Program-made: the position numbers and the translations under genes
Shown: positions 9,681 to 20,527 of the stretch, piece after piece
Position numbering within the stretch: the first letter of the stretch is position 1
How the letters are laid out: each line of letters begins with the position of its first letter
Sequence record: OQ708376.1
Strand: one strand, 5' to 3'
Length of the DNA: 64,000 bases
Notes under the pieces: model-generated
Told to the model about the DNA's origin: nothing
Database searches by the model: none
The model's input: only the letters and a program-made list of their open reading frames with translations

Positions 9681-10031
9681 ATGAAAATTATTTTATTTTT
9701 TGTATGTATGTTAATGTGTGGATTGTCATATGCTGAACCATTGGAAGGTTTAGTTTGTACAGATGGTAATATTAAACATATCTATCAAGGTGATAGTGAC
9801 GATCGAGATATTGTATATATTGATGGACAATCATATACGTTTGTTAAAGAGCATACAGTAGGCGACATTAGCTTCACTGAGTTTTCTAACGACACAGACC
9901 CTAACTTCTTAGCGTTTATTGAAGTAGATGTATATGAAGATAGTAATGGCACACAATATGCTAAATTAGTTATGATGCGTCGTGGTGCTAAAGAAACTAG
10001 TTTTGGTGGCTTGTGTAAATATAAGGATTGA
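9681..10031 (+). CDS. exported acidic protein
   Basis: Signal peptide ending SYA; GGAGG RBS. Confidence 0.7.
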   Translation: MKIILFFVCMLMCGLSYAEPLEGLVCTDGNIKHIYQGDSDDRDIVYIDGQSYTFVKEHTVGDISFTEFSNDTDPNFLAFIEVDVYEDSNGTQYAKLVMMRRGAKETSFGGLCKYKD

Positions 10032-10035
10032 TATT

Positions 10036-10227
10036 ATGTTGATTTATCAAAGTGATAATATTCGTGTTATGCAGCATCCCTACTTACAAATCTTTGATGT
10101 GCAGCAGTATATGGAAGGTGATGACCCAAGAACCTATGGTCGTAAGTATGATTACTTCACTGTAAAGCAGTGTAAAAATATTAACGAAGTACGACAATTA
10201 GTTCAAGAACTTCAAAACAAAGGTTGA
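10036..10227 (+). CDS. hypothetical protein
   Basis: AAGGA RBS; 3' part of ORF 9982..10227. Confidence 0.6.
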   Translation: MLIYQSDNIRVMQHPYLQIFDVQQYMEGDDPRTYGRKYDYFTVKQCKNINEVRQLVQELQNKG

Positions 10228-10253
10228 CTTCGGTCAGCCTTTTTTGTTATAAT
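10219..10253 (+). terminator. fused terminator/promoter cassette (type copy)
   Basis: GGTTGAC-TTCG-GTCAGCC-T6 whose left arm supplies -35 TTGACT, N18 from TATAAT; further copies near 13461, 13646, 15221, 16305, 20801, 21384 (truncated), 22083, 24041, 52961, 56988, 60258, 62516. Confidence 0.85.
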
Positions 10254-10281
10254 TCTCTTAATAAATTAGAGGATTTTAATT

Positions 10282-10722
10282 ATGTATGTATATCGTTTTG
10301 AACTTAAATTCAGTTACATTGAACCTAACTTAGAACCTGCACGAACTGTAGGTCCGTTTGCACGGTATTCAACCAGATACAGTACTAAAAATGGATTTGA
10401 CCGTTTGCTTATGACTACACCTTCTCAATTCCAACCTGAACCAACTGAGGATGGGATCTATTCAATCAAAAGTGGATGGGTATTTGGCTGTCAAAGTTTG
10501 AAAGATTTGTTCAGATTCTTCACTATGGACTTGGGTAAATTGCATCGTGCTGGGTTTGCTATATCTGTATATGAAGTTCCAGACCACCATGTAGACATTG
10601 GTCGTAATCAGGTTCAGTACTATTGCGGTAGTGCTAAATTAGTTCGTATCATGTCAGTTAAGGAAGCAAAGGATGAGTTCCGACAAAGTAAAAGAGAAAC
10701 ACATGAGGTAATATATGGATAA
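10282..10722 (+). CDS. hypothetical protein
   Basis: GAGGA RBS, 146 aa. Confidence 0.75.
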   Translation: MYVYRFELKFSYIEPNLEPARTVGPFARYSTRYSTKNGFDRLLMTTPSQFQPEPTEDGIYSIKSGWVFGCQSLKDLFRFFTMDLGKLHRAGFAISVYEVPDHHVDIGRNQVQYYCGSAKLVRIMSVKEAKDEFRQSKRETHEVIYG

Positions 10723-11646
10723 AACTCAAATAGAATTAAAGAAATTTGTTTCATTCTATCTTCCTGATGACCCACGTAATTCACAAAAAGATATTGAATA
10801 TTATAATATCCTATCTAAACAGTTAATGAGAAAGTTTCAACAGTGTTTAACTATATTCAATACAGATGGAAGACGTAGATACCGAATCGTTTCAATGAAT
10901 GATGAAAACGCAAATTTCTTTGATTACGATGTAGTTTTTAGAGCATATAATGATGATCGTATAAAATTAAATTATGATCAAATTATACTTGACCTGAATG
11001 TTATATGTGTTATAATCACTCACGTAGCCGAACTTAATGGTTTTAAAGAATGGTATTGAATAGAGGATAACATATGAAGCTTAAATTACAATATAATGGA
11101 TTTACTTTACGTAATGATACTGAATTTATTAATCGTTCTCCTGGTGCTGAACTGTTTTTACGAGAGATGAACATTCCTTTCATCATTACTACAGTGGGCG
11201 ACCGTGAAGTTCTACAATATGCAGAGCATCCGATTATTGATGTTCCTTGGTACTCTGAGCATATGTACATGGATATGGCACGTCGCTACAACTGTAAGTT
11301 CGTAGTTGAAGGTGATAAAATTACAGTCGAATTTAAATAAGGTAAATTAAAAATGATCAGTACTTCAGTTAATGAAAGCATCGTCGCTGACGTAGAAATG
11401 GTTAAAGAATGTGCAGATGAAACTCTTCGTGATATGTACATTAATGATTTAATTACTGAATACGGTAGTCGTGGTGTACACGAATTTATTCGTTTAAGTG
11501 GAGAGTTGATGAAAAATCGAATTCGTATGAAGCTTAACGTACATCCAAAAGCATGGGCATTTACATTAAAATACGCAGAAGATATTGTTAATTTGCGTCG
11601 AACTGAAGTATATGAACGTTTGCACAATGGTATGTTAGATAAATGA
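10715..11646 (+). CDS. three hypothetical genes (10715..11059, 11074..11340, 11353..11646)
   Basis: Each with RBS; co-oriented. Confidence 0.7.
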
Positions 11647-11698
11647 TTGTAAAATAGGAATTCTTAAATGAATTCCTTTTTGTTTATAAGGTATAGTA

Positions 11699-11920
11699 AT
11701 GAAATATATAGTACTTGTACTGATATTATTCAGTACTGTTGTAAGTGCTAAACAAAAAGAATATGTTAAATGTATAAATTATGAAGAGAAATATGTTGAA
11801 ACATATAAAAAAAGTATAATTAAAAACGTTTCGATTACTAACAGAGCAACAATCATTGTACTTAAAAATGGGTTAATTATGCTATATAAACCACACGTTA
11901 AATGTGAAATTATTAATTGA
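11699..11920 (+). CDS. small exported protein
   Basis: Signal peptide ending VSA. Confidence 0.6.
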   Translation: MKYIVLVLILFSTVVSAKQKEYVKCINYEEKYVETYKKSIIKNVSITNRATIIVLKNGLIMLYKPHVKCEIIN

Positions 11921-11927
11921 GGAAATT

Positions 11928-12500
11928 ATGAATCGTAAAGGTCGTTTTAAAGTATCAAAAAAGAACAAAAGTTCTAGGTTTAAACCTATTGTTTTAACAG
12001 TTAAATCTAACAAAGATTTAACTGCACTTAGTAAAAAGATAATTTCATCTAAGATTGAAGTATCATACGTAAATTCATTAAAATATATGAATGTCAAACC
12101 ACTGGACCAACTCATTTCACTTATATTTGAACGTAATGATTTTGAGATATCAGTAGATGATTATAGAGCCTATAATGCTGGTTTCATTAATGTTACTTGT
12201 AATAAAAAACTAACTGAGTTGGAAAATTTGTCATGTATAATAAATCTAGATAAAGGTGTTGTGAAGTACCATTTTGTACATTTCACTAATATCAATAATG
12301 GAATGGGTGTACAATCCAGACCTATAGTGCCTACGTGTGATGTTACTAAATTAGCAAAGCTCAATGATGAAGAATATTTTCAAGAAAGCATTGTAACTGA
12401 GCATTTAGATGATATAATAGCTACTTACAAAGAATGCATATGGGTGTTGAATGCTATAAAACCTAAATTGTGTTTAATGAATATTGTTCGTGATTTATGA
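11928..12500 (+). CDS. hypothetical protein, ExxFQxS family
   Basis: LNDEEYFQESIVTEH; start re-called after GAGGA. Confidence 0.7.
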   Translation: MNRKGRFKVSKKNKSSRFKPIVLTVKSNKDLTALSKKIISSKIEVSYVNSLKYMNVKPLDQLISLIFERNDFEISVDDYRAYNAGFINVTCNKKLTELENLSCIINLDKGVVKYHFVHFTNINNGMGVQSRPIVPTCDVTKLAKLNDEEYFQESIVTEHLDDIIATYKECIWVLNAIKPKLCLMNIVRDL

Positions 12501-12513
12501 ATGGGGAATCGTA

Positions 12514-12957
12514 ATGAGTTGGGTAAATGTTAATAGTATTGAACTTAACGAACAAGATATTTTTGCATTTGTAAATTTAACTAATAACACAGTACTAAAA
12601 GGGCGTTTGTTCAGTGCTAGTGATGGGTACAAATGGATCTCTTTGATGGATGATAGTGGTGTGATTTATAATGTAATGCAATTACCCCAATGGGTATATA
12701 GTAACACTGCTGACGATGTTCTTACCGCAGTTATGCGTGAGTTTGAAAAACTCCCAGGTGGTGATATCAAAAACAAAGTTTTTAATGCAGAACGTAAAAA
12801 TTATACAGCACAGCAATTGGAATCCCTTGCCATTGCTGCTTATCAAGCTGCTATTAAGAAGCCAGAGTGCGTTATTCTTAAGTATGTACCAGACTTAAAA
12901 CTTACGTTGGAAGACATGGATGCATTCATTTTTACATCTGAACTTGAACAGTACTAA
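12514..12957 (+). CDS. hypothetical protein
   Basis: GGGGA RBS; 3' part of ORF 12484..12957. Confidence 0.7.
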   Translation: MSWVNVNSIELNEQDIFAFVNLTNNTVLKGRLFSASDGYKWISLMDDSGVIYNVMQLPQWVYSNTADDVLTAVMREFEKLPGGDIKNKVFNAERKNYTAQQLESLAIAAYQAAIKKPECVILKYVPDLKLTLEDMDAFIFTSELEQY

Positions 12958-13028
12958 TTTAACTTTGGGACAACCATTCTTATTATGATATAATGTTTTA
13001 TGTCATTCGATATAAATGACAACGGAAC

Positions 13029-13036
13029 TATAAATA
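13029..13036 (+). promoter_or_regulatory. putative late promoter TATAAATA
   Basis: Exact T4 late consensus; second exact copy at 13678..13685, TAAATA at 15251. Confidence 0.55.
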
Positions 13037-13072
13037 TTATAGTAAAATTTATCTCTTATAGGAGTTATAAAA

Positions 13073-13456
13073 ATGGTTGATAAATGGAATAAGAAAGATC
13101 CATCACATGATGTTGATATTTCTGGTCTAGACAATGCACATAAGCACAAGTATCTAGATTCACTAGGTCTTCTAAAACCAGACCAAAGTCTTGCACATGA
13201 TCGTCCATCCCGTGAAAAAGCATTTAGCCTAGAATCACTAGGTCATGAGCTTAATCGTGTGTTTGAGGATCACCCAATCTATGTACGTGATATTATCGAG
13301 AAACTTAAAGTAACTCCTAAAGAGCACTTTAAAGCAACTGTACACTCTGCATTCCGTGCATTGCATGATTCTCTAAAGAAAACTCACAATCTTCGTAAAA
13401 TTCATGATGAAATCGTGAATGCAATCGAAAGTGAAAAACATAAGTTCAAGAAGTAA
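13073..13456 (+). CDS. His/Lys-rich protein, possibly virion-internal
   Basis: AGGAG RBS, TATAAATA upstream, own terminator. Confidence 0.75.
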   Translation: MVDKWNKKDPSHDVDISGLDNAHKHKYLDSLGLLKPDQSLAHDRPSREKAFSLESLGHELNRVFEDHPIYVRDIIEKLKVTPKEHFKATVHSAFRALHDSLKKTHNLRKIHDEIVNAIESEKHKFKK

Positions 13457-13525
13457 TAAAAAGGGGTTGACTAAGGTCAGCCCTTTGTTGTATCATAACT
13501 TCTCAATATAACTGAGGTATCATAT

Positions 13526-13639
13526 ATGCAAGGTTTGAAATTTGTAGTTGCTGCACTCATCGCCGCAGTTCTGGTTGGTGGTGTATTCTATGTAGTGGAT
13601 CAAAAAGTAAATCCACCTGCACAAGAACAATCTAAGTAA
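13526..13639 (+). CDS. 37-aa single-pass membrane peptide
   Basis: GAGG RBS; MQGLKFVVAALIAAVLVGGVFYVVDQK. Confidence 0.6.
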   Translation: MQGLKFVVAALIAAVLVGGVFYVVDQKVNPPAQEQSK

Positions 13640-13726
13640 CAAAATAAGGTTGACTTCGGTCAGCCTTTTCTTTATACTATAAATATAGTCATAGAGAAAA
13701 AAATGAAATCTATGGAGAGAAATCAA

Positions 13727-15214
13727 ATGCCAAGTAATTTTACTGATAAAAATGGTGGTAACATGGCTGGTCACTCTGATAAATGGAGTGAACGCAACCG
13801 CCGTCCAAATAGTTATCAAGCAGGTCAAGGTTCACGTGGGTCACGTAACCAAGGAACTGGTCTAGCTGGTAAAGCAAACGCAGAAGCAGGTGAAGTTAAG
13901 AGTACTGAGAACATGACTGAGCTAGAAAAGCTACGTTATGTTAACTCATTAGGTCTTCTTAACGCAACACAAAAACAACGCCTTGCTGATATGGAACGTG
14001 CTGAGAAAGAACAAGCAGTTCCTAAAGAAGAACCAAAAGCAGAAGTACCTAAAGCTGCTAACCCTGTTAAAGAGTTATCAGATAACTTAGGTAAGATCTT
14101 TGCTAACAAACCACAGTTGATTCAGGGTATTGTCAAAGCACTACAGGCAGTTCCTAAAGAAGAACTCAAAGGTAAAGCACAAGCTGTACTTGATGTAATG
14201 AAAGGTAATAAGAGCACTGAACCAACTGAAGTATTCAGTACTATCATGCGTGCACTTGAAGGTACACACAAAGAAGATTCCAAAGAACCTGAACAGGGTG
14301 AAGCAAGTCTTGATGGTATTCTTAAAACTTTTGATAATATTGGTAAAGCAGACCGTGCTAATGCCCAGCAAGTCAAGAATGTACTGGCTAAACTTGAAAA
14401 CCGTTTAGAAGGTAAAGACAATAAGGTTAAGCTCGTATCAGATGCAGTTAACAGTGCACTTAAATCTTATGTACAAGGTGAGAAAAGTCGCTTCGTAACA
14501 GCTATGGATGCTGCATTCAACACTATGAAAAAGTATGAAGCAGAACATGGTGAGAAGGTAACACCAGATGGTTATCTAAAGCGTGCAGATGAAGAGGGTG
14601 CAGTTGAACAGAAAGATGTTGAGCCTGAGCAAGAAGAAATACCTGATACCGTTGATATGGATGGATACATTCATCGTCCTGAGATGGAAGAGTTTGGGTC
14701 AGATAAAGAAGGTTTTGAACATGCAATGGCAGTATATAAAGCATTAGTTAAAAATCCAGATTATGCTAACCGTTTTGTTGACGAGTTTGATAGTGCATGG
14801 AATAACTACAAAGAGAAAGGTTATGACTTCCCTGCTGAAGCTGCATTCTTTGAACTTGGTAAACTATTAGCTAAACATGGAATTGACGTTGGTTCATCTG
14901 ATTCCGAAGGTATGGAAGAAGAACATCTTGAAATGACCGATAAATCAATTCATGAACTTCAAAAGCTAATGATGTGGATATCCGAGATTGGCAAAAAAGC
15001 AGGTGCTGATCGTAAAAGTATCAACAAAAACATTAGTTGGATTAAAGATAATGTTGGTAACAATGCTCGTAAACTTCAAAAGGCGTGGGCTGATTTAGTA
15101 AATGGTGCAGATGATGTTGACATTGAATCACCAGAAGCATATGAGTATGCACTAACTACACTTGATAACTCATTCAAAGAGTACGACAGTGGTGTTGGAA
15201 AGGATAAAAAATAA
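13727..15214 (+). CDS. large charged helical protein, possibly an internal head protein
   Basis: GGAGAG RBS, TATAAATA upstream, low-complexity N-terminus, E/K-rich. Confidence 0.75.
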   Translation: MPSNFTDKNGGNMAGHSDKWSERNRRPNSYQAGQGSRGSRNQGTGLAGKANAEAGEVKSTENMTELEKLRYVNSLGLLNATQKQRLADMERAEKEQAVPKEEPKAEVPKAANPVKELSDNLGKIFANKPQLIQGIVKALQAVPKEELKGKAQAVLDVMKGNKSTEPTEVFSTIMRALEGTHKEDSKEPEQGEASLDGILKTFDNIGKADRANAQQVKNVLAKLENRLEGKDNKVKLVSDAVNSALKSYVQGEKSRFVTAMDAAFNTMKKYEAEHGEKVTPDGYLKRADEEGAVEQKDVEPEQEEIPDTVDMDGYIHRPEMEEFGSDKEGFEHAMAVYKALVKNPDYANRFVDEFDSAWNNYKEKGYDFPAEAAFFELGKLLAKHGIDVGSSDSEGMEEEHLEMTDKSIHELQKLMMWISEIGKKAGADRKSINKNISWIKDNVGNNARKLQKAWADLVNGADDVDIESPEAYEYALTTLDNSFKEYDSGVGKDKK

Positions 15215-15285
15215 ACATTTAAAAGGTTGACTTCGGTCAACCTTTTTTTGTAAATATAAAAGAGGAATTAAGAAGAGGGATTACA

Positions 15286-15871
15286 ATGAAAAAATATATT
15301 ATATTTGGAATTGTATTATTTTCCAGTACTAGTTATGGTGCAGATTATCATTGCTCCGTAGCAAGACAGGATTTCAGAAATGGGGATTTCTATACCACTT
15401 CATACACAAAAGGAATAATACACGACATCGACACAACTATTGGATTTAATGCATTTGATAACAAAGATTCATATACTTCAGGTATACTATCTGAGCGTAA
15501 GACTGATGTAATGGGAATAGAAAAAGAGTTCCGGTGATTCAGTAGCAATGTGCAATGACATTGAAAGTACTAAAACAATTTATTATAATAATGAACGTAA
15601 TTATCGTTTTCATAATTTAACCACAAATAAAAGTTTACTATTTTACAATTGTAAAGAAGTAAAACTCCCACCCGACAATAGCTGTAACCCGACGAACCCA
15701 TCACCAGCACAATGTAATACTCAATCTGAACCTGATAACAATAAAAAAGACAAAGATAAAGATAAAAAAGAAGACAAAAAACCTTTAAAAGATAAAAAGA
15801 AAGATAAAAAACCTAATCCGTTTAAAAATAATAAACCAGCACAACCCGATATGACGTGTAAAATAAAATAA
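15286..15871 (+). pseudogene. exported protein split by a +1 frameshift (ORFs 15286..15537 and 15548..15871)
   Basis: Removing one A from the A5 run at 15521..15525 joins IEK-SSGDSVAMCND in frame; the second ORF has no RBS. Confidence 0.55.
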
Positions 15872-15880
15872 GGATATATA

Positions 15881-16300
15881 ATGAAAAAGATTTTTTTAAG
15901 TATTATTTTAGTACTTTTTAGTTTTAATGTATATGCAGCAGATGCTAAACAGGTTGCAAATACAGTAAAAGATGTTATAGTAGATAATGCTCCTACATTA
16001 GAGGAAATTGGGGTAAAAACTTGTGATATAGTAATATATAATTTAGTTAATGATGAACGAGTTATGTTGAATACGTATGAACAAGTAGTCCCATTGGTTG
16101 AATCTGGTGATGCTTTTAGCTTTACATATAAAGTTAAATTAACAGGAGGGGTTGAAGTTAATCTTGACATTGATACCGCTTCAGTACTAAAAGATAAACT
16201 AGGATATGTGTTCAATCGTATTCGTGAAGAAGGTCATCTTAAGTATGTTTATGAAAGTAAAATACTAAAACGTGCAATAGTTATAGAAAACTGTAAATGA
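15881..16300 (+). CDS. exported protein
   Basis: Signal peptide ending VYA. Confidence 0.7.
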   Translation: MKKIFLSIILVLFSFNVYAADAKQVANTVKDVIVDNAPTLEEIGVKTCDIVIYNLVNDERVMLNTYEQVVPLVESGDAFSFTYKVKLTGGVEVNLDIDTASVLKDKLGYVFNRIREEGHLKYVYESKILKRAIVIENCK

Positions 16301-16369
16301 TAATAAAAGGGTTGACTTCGGTCAGCCTTTTTTGTTATGATGTTGATATTAACTACAGAGGATAAAGTA

Positions 16370-17011
16370 ATGACTAAGCAAGAAATATTCAAAACTTTAA
16401 TTGACATTTTGCGTCCATCAAAAACTCGTTGTGCGATGGAGTTTGATATTCCTTATGCTGAACGCGTAATCTTTCCACAAGTTAAAGCTGCTGGACTTAC
16501 TTTGCTTGGAATGGGGATGTACTCTGTAGTAGTTGAACATAAAAACTATCCTGGACGAGCATTTAAAGTAACCACTTCACGCTGGGATGGTTTTCGTGCT
16601 TATGCAAAGTACTGCATTGAAAACGCAGGAACCAAGTTTCTTCCAGTGATCTACAGTGCCAACGAACAAGGAAACTTTGGATGGTATGAGATGGACAAGT
16701 ACTATCCTATAATTAAACAAAAAAATAATTATGATGACTTTGTTAGTACTAAAATTGGAGATTTGTATTCGTATGCACATGCTGGTCAGTACGCAACTTC
16801 AGTGAATGATATGCGTGGAAATTCTGAAGAGATTGCTATTGCAACGGTCGCTGCTAACATCATGAAAGAGTTTCACGGGCGTTTTGTACCAGACATTCAT
16901 TCAAGTAATGTGATGATGGATAAAGATGGGAATGTATTCATTACTGATCCTCTTTCGTGTGATGTGCGTAGAGAAATACCAATTACTGAAGAAGATCCAG
17001 TTTTTTATTGA
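16370..17011 (+). CDS. T7 gp0.7-like Ser/Thr protein kinase
   Basis: LLGMGMYS, AFKV, DIHSSNVM, ITDP motifs. Confidence 0.8.
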   Translation: MTKQEIFKTLIDILRPSKTRCAMEFDIPYAERVIFPQVKAAGLTLLGMGMYSVVVEHKNYPGRAFKVTTSRWDGFRAYAKYCIENAGTKFLPVIYSANEQGNFGWYEMDKYYPIIKQKNNYDDFVSTKIGDLYSYAHAGQYATSVNDMRGNSEEIAIATVAANIMKEFHGRFVPDIHSSNVMMDKDGNVFITDPLSCDVRREIPITEEDPVFY

Positions 17012-17072
17012 CAGAACTGATGTTCTGATGTATTCTTAATAAACCATAAAAATTGCGGTAAAGGATAAAATC

Positions 17073-17354
17073 ATGCGTTCATTTGAAAACTTAATAGGTA
17101 AGCATCTTTTATCTGAAATTGATGCAGACGTTAAAGAATTATCCAAATCAAAAAGTTACATTCATTTGGATGAACTGTTTGTTAAGTACGGTGAGATTGG
17201 TTTTAAGTCATTATTTGTTTTTACTATGAAAGTACATAGTTTAAAGTACTTCGATTTGAGTGCTAAAGATGGTGAACCGAATCTATATTACATGTATTAC
17301 CTTAAGAACAAAGATGAAGCTAATACATTACTCTCTGAATATATATTGGGGTAA
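17073..17354 (+). CDS. hypothetical protein
   Basis: AAGGA RBS behind a TTGACA-N17-TATTCT promoter. Confidence 0.65.
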   Translation: MRSFENLIGKHLLSEIDADVKELSKSKSYIHLDELFVKYGEIGFKSLFVFTMKVHSLKYFDLSAKDGEPNLYYMYYLKNKDEANTLLSEYILG

Positions 17355-17356
17355 AA

Positions 17357-18392
17357 ATGGAACAATATTTTGAATTAATAAACAAAGTATCATTTTATGT
17401 AGTATCTTTGGTTTGGGTGTATTATATGTTTTGCTATATTATTGCATTCTTCCGATACACTACTTTATATGAACGTATCTACTATGATGCCCCAATTTCA
17501 TTCTTGATGTTTTGTGCCTGTACGTGGGGAATATTAGAAGTACTGATATGTGGGTATAGTACTGATGAATTAAATCTGGTATCGGTGTTGACTGGGTTTT
17601 CATTTGTTGTTATGATAGCTGCCGTTCCAGTATGGTTGTTCTTTGGACTAGTTCATCGCATTGATATATGGCGTTCTAATATCCCTGAAAAGTAAGGATT
17701 GGTAATGATTTATTACACTAACATGTTTGCCTATGCTGTTGCTTGCATTTACATTGTTTACTTCTTATTCGGTGGAGTACTGTGCTTCTTTAAGTACAAA
17801 ACGTTGTTCAACCGAATGTACCCAAATCATCCAATTGTAGTTGTACTTTTGATTCTTTCAGTTTCTCAAATAATCGTTGAAACTACAATGGGTATCAGTA
17901 GTGTACATTATAGTTTTGGTACTATAGTAATTATTACTATGCTTATTGCATACATTTTAGTACTTGGATATGGTATCTTTGGTAATATTGGTATGAAAAT
18001 GTATCATCGAATTAAAACATTACGTGATAATCTACCGGAGCGTTGATATGTATAATTTGAACCTAATCTCATATATTATAACAACACTGTTTACATTCTA
18101 TGCCTTTGTTGGTATAATCCTACTGTACTTTAAATTTTATAAAGTGTTTAACCGTTTCTATCCTTCAATGGAGAATGAGTTTTTCTTTGTGTTGTACGTA
18201 GGTTACACATTAATGGCTACATGTTTCACTGTAGCCGATGGTGTCATCGGCATTAAAACTGATTCCCCAAATGGTAGTACGCTGGTTGCATTTATTCTTA
18301 CTGGATTCCTTGCAACTTATATTGCCTTCATTACAACATGGTCAGTGGTTGAATTTCTCTTGCGACTACGAAAGAATATGCCGAATCGATAG
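17357..18392 (+). CDS. three paralogous ~115-aa 3-TM membrane proteins (17357..17695, 17705..18046, 18048..18392)
   Basis: Shared Y..F....F(K/R)Y..L..R.YP motif and basic R...P C-terminus. Confidence 0.75.
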
Positions 18393-18401
18393 GAGACATA
18401 T

Positions 18402-18656
18402 ATGTTTGCGTTGCGTAATAAAAACACTAAAGAATTATTATGTATTGATACCGTATGGGATTGTGCGGGGTCAACTACAGTTCTTGAAGAAGGAACTGGA
18501 TATTGCGTGTTTGTTGTACATGATAGGAATGAACTCGAATTATTACTTGCTGAGTTCAATGCTGGTGGTAATCCTAACAGTACTGAATACCCTGAGATTA
18601 TCAATCCAGCACCACCAGGCTCTTATGAAATTCTACAACTGTGGGAGTTGAAGTAA
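18402..18656 (+). CDS. hypothetical protein, paralog of 20528..20797
   Basis: M(F/Y)AL.NK...L..LL...YEI..L shared. Confidence 0.7.
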   Translation: MFALRNKNTKELLCIDTVWDCAGSTTVLEEGTGYCVFVVHDRNELELLLAEFNAGGNPNSTEYPEIINPAPPGSYEILQLWELK

Positions 18657-19036
18657 TGCGTCAAATGCACAAAGTAACCGAGCTAAACAAGCGTCTGGTT
18701 AAACAATCAATGTTCGAGGATAAAGAGTCTTATTATAACTTTAAACGTGCAGTAGAGGCTGCTATCCACATTCAGAAGCTTAAAGAACGTGGTTGTATTA
18801 TTCTGGAAAATGGTTCGGAAGTTGTAACGGATGACTTTAGTGTAGCGTTTGATGTTTCACCTGACGGGACGCTATCAATGCCCCGCTTAGGAACTGGAAA
18901 CATGACTGTTTGGGTTGGCTTCACTATGGGGAATGTACCTGGTACTGTGTACGTAGATGATGCAGAATTGAAAGACAGTTTCAAAAACTTATCTTATCTT
19001 GAACCACAATACGCACATGAAATGAATTTATTTTGA
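18656..19036 (+). CDS. hypothetical protein
   Basis: TAATG coupling to the upstream gene. Confidence 0.7.
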   Translation: MRQMHKVTELNKRLVKQSMFEDKESYYNFKRAVEAAIHIQKLKERGCIILENGSEVVTDDFSVAFDVSPDGTLSMPRLGTGNMTVWVGFTMGNVPGTVYVDDAELKDSFKNLSYLEPQYAHEMNLF

Positions 19037-19112
19037 GTTGACAAACACATTCAGTACTGTATAATGCTTATCAAGGGGATGAACTTCTCATCCCTACAAT
19101 CGAGGAACTACC

Positions 19113-19667
19113 ATGATTACTTTTAAGAAAACTGCTAACCACATCCATGAAATCTACATTAACGGTCACAAAGCTGGCCTTCTTCGTTTACTCGCCCATC
19201 ACCCTGATGCTACCGTATCTGATAATGAACCTAAAGATTGGCGTGTCTTTTTCTTTGGAAAGTACAGTGATTTTCAAGTATCAAACCTGAAGAACATTCG
19301 TTCAGTATGCACGTTAAATGAAATTAAAGAAAAGTTAGCACAAGCATTGAAAACTAATCCAGATGGTGTTCTTCCACCTGATAACTTTGTAGAGAAAGGT
19401 TATGCCTTAGCTCATTTCAAAGATGGTACTATTCAATCTATCAGTACTGAATATGAATATCATTGGACTGAGTACTTCACTTATGGTTCGAGTAATACAT
19501 TGATGGATTCACGTAGTAAATTGGAAGAAGTACTGACTCGTATGAATGAACGCGAGCGTCAGTTATATGACAAACCAGAAATGTGGAGTTCAACTTACAT
19601 TGACCGTATTGACTATGTTATTATGACTCCAATCTTTGACACTGCTTACTATGATTCTTTGAAATAA
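19113..19667 (+). CDS. hypothetical protein
   Basis: Own N16 promoter, 5' hairpin and GAGGA RBS. Confidence 0.75.
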   Translation: MITFKKTANHIHEIYINGHKAGLLRLLAHHPDATVSDNEPKDWRVFFFGKYSDFQVSNLKNIRSVCTLNEIKEKLAQALKTNPDGVLPPDNFVEKGYALAHFKDGTIQSISTEYEYHWTEYFTYGSSNTLMDSRSKLEEVLTRMNERERQLYDKPEMWSSTYIDRIDYVIMTPIFDTAYYDSLK

Positions 19668-19678
19668 GGATAACTTAT

Positions 19679-19855
19679 ATGAAACTACGTACTCGTAATC
19701 GACTGATGGATGCACTGTACCATGAACAGCTTTCACTGAATGAAGTGAAGCGTCAGTTAATGTACACATATCAGTTTCCCGCTCGCATTGCAAAACAACG
19801 TGCTAAAGAATTGCTGAAAGAAGCAATCGAGTACTGGGAATCTGATTCGTACTAA
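19679..19855 (+). CDS. 58-aa hypothetical protein
   Basis: AAGGA RBS; below the ORF-track cutoff. Confidence 0.55.
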   Translation: MKLRTRNRLMDALYHEQLSLNEVKRQLMYTYQFPARIAKQRAKELLKEAIEYWESDSY

Positions 19856-19894
19856 TATTACGTGATATGTCACGTTAATTAAGTGAGGCGATAA

Positions 19895-20146
19895 ATGAAA
19901 ATATTATTAGTTCTAATACTACTAATAGTTTTACCATTTACTTTAGTATCCCCTGGACTTGCATGGAATGTATTTGTGTACTTAGTATGTACTATTGTAG
20001 TAAATGGTATCTTGTTCTTAGTTCTATTCATAAATGGAATAGGACACGGTGGAGGATGGACCAGTACTGCTGATATTGTACATAAAACCACTATGTCTTT
20101 ATTTGTAATGTGGAATTTATTCTGGACTTGGTTTGTGTTCTTCTAA
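19895..20146 (+). CDS. membrane protein
   Basis: Three hydrophobic segments. Confidence 0.65.
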   Translation: MKILLVLILLIVLPFTLVSPGLAWNVFVYLVCTIVVNGILFLVLFINGIGHGGGWTSTADIVHKTTMSLFVMWNLFWTWFVFF

Positions 20147-20154
20147 TTAAAAAT

Positions 20155-20526
20155 ATGAATATAGATTTGAAAGGTGCAACACGAACTGTTATCCTCGTTG
20201 GGGAATATGCTATCAAGATTCCAACCTTTAAAAGTTGGAAGCTATTCTTAACAGGGATGATAGCTAACCTCAATGAACGTTCGTGGATGCAGTACTCCAA
20301 TCGTAGTGATAGTAGTATCTGTCCTACGTTGTGGTCATCATGTACTGGACTAGTAACTGTACAGAAACGTTGTAAGCCAGTTCAACATAGGGGTTTATTT
20401 TGGGTGGAGTTGTGTGCTTTAGCATTGAATTCAGAGTTAAGTACTGACTTCTTCTATTCAGATGCGAAGCCAGAAAACTTTGGGTATCTGGGTGGTAAGT
20501 TAGTTAAACTTGATTATGGAGATTAA
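20155..20526 (+). CDS. minimal protein-kinase-like protein
   Basis: KGATR..V, AIKIP, N.NE, DAKPENFG, LDYG in about 123 aa. Confidence 0.7.
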   Translation: MNIDLKGATRTVILVGEYAIKIPTFKSWKLFLTGMIANLNERSWMQYSNRSDSSICPTLWSSCTGLVTVQKRCKPVQHRGLFWVELCALALNSELSTDFFYSDAKPENFGYLGGKLVKLDYGD

Positions 20527-20527
20527 T

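Noticed and set aside
15721-16215. Long minus-strand ORFs (also 11286..11627, 50901..51383, 55939..56349, 61059..61526)
   Set aside because: They are antisense shadows of well-supported + genes, with no RBS, promoter or motif
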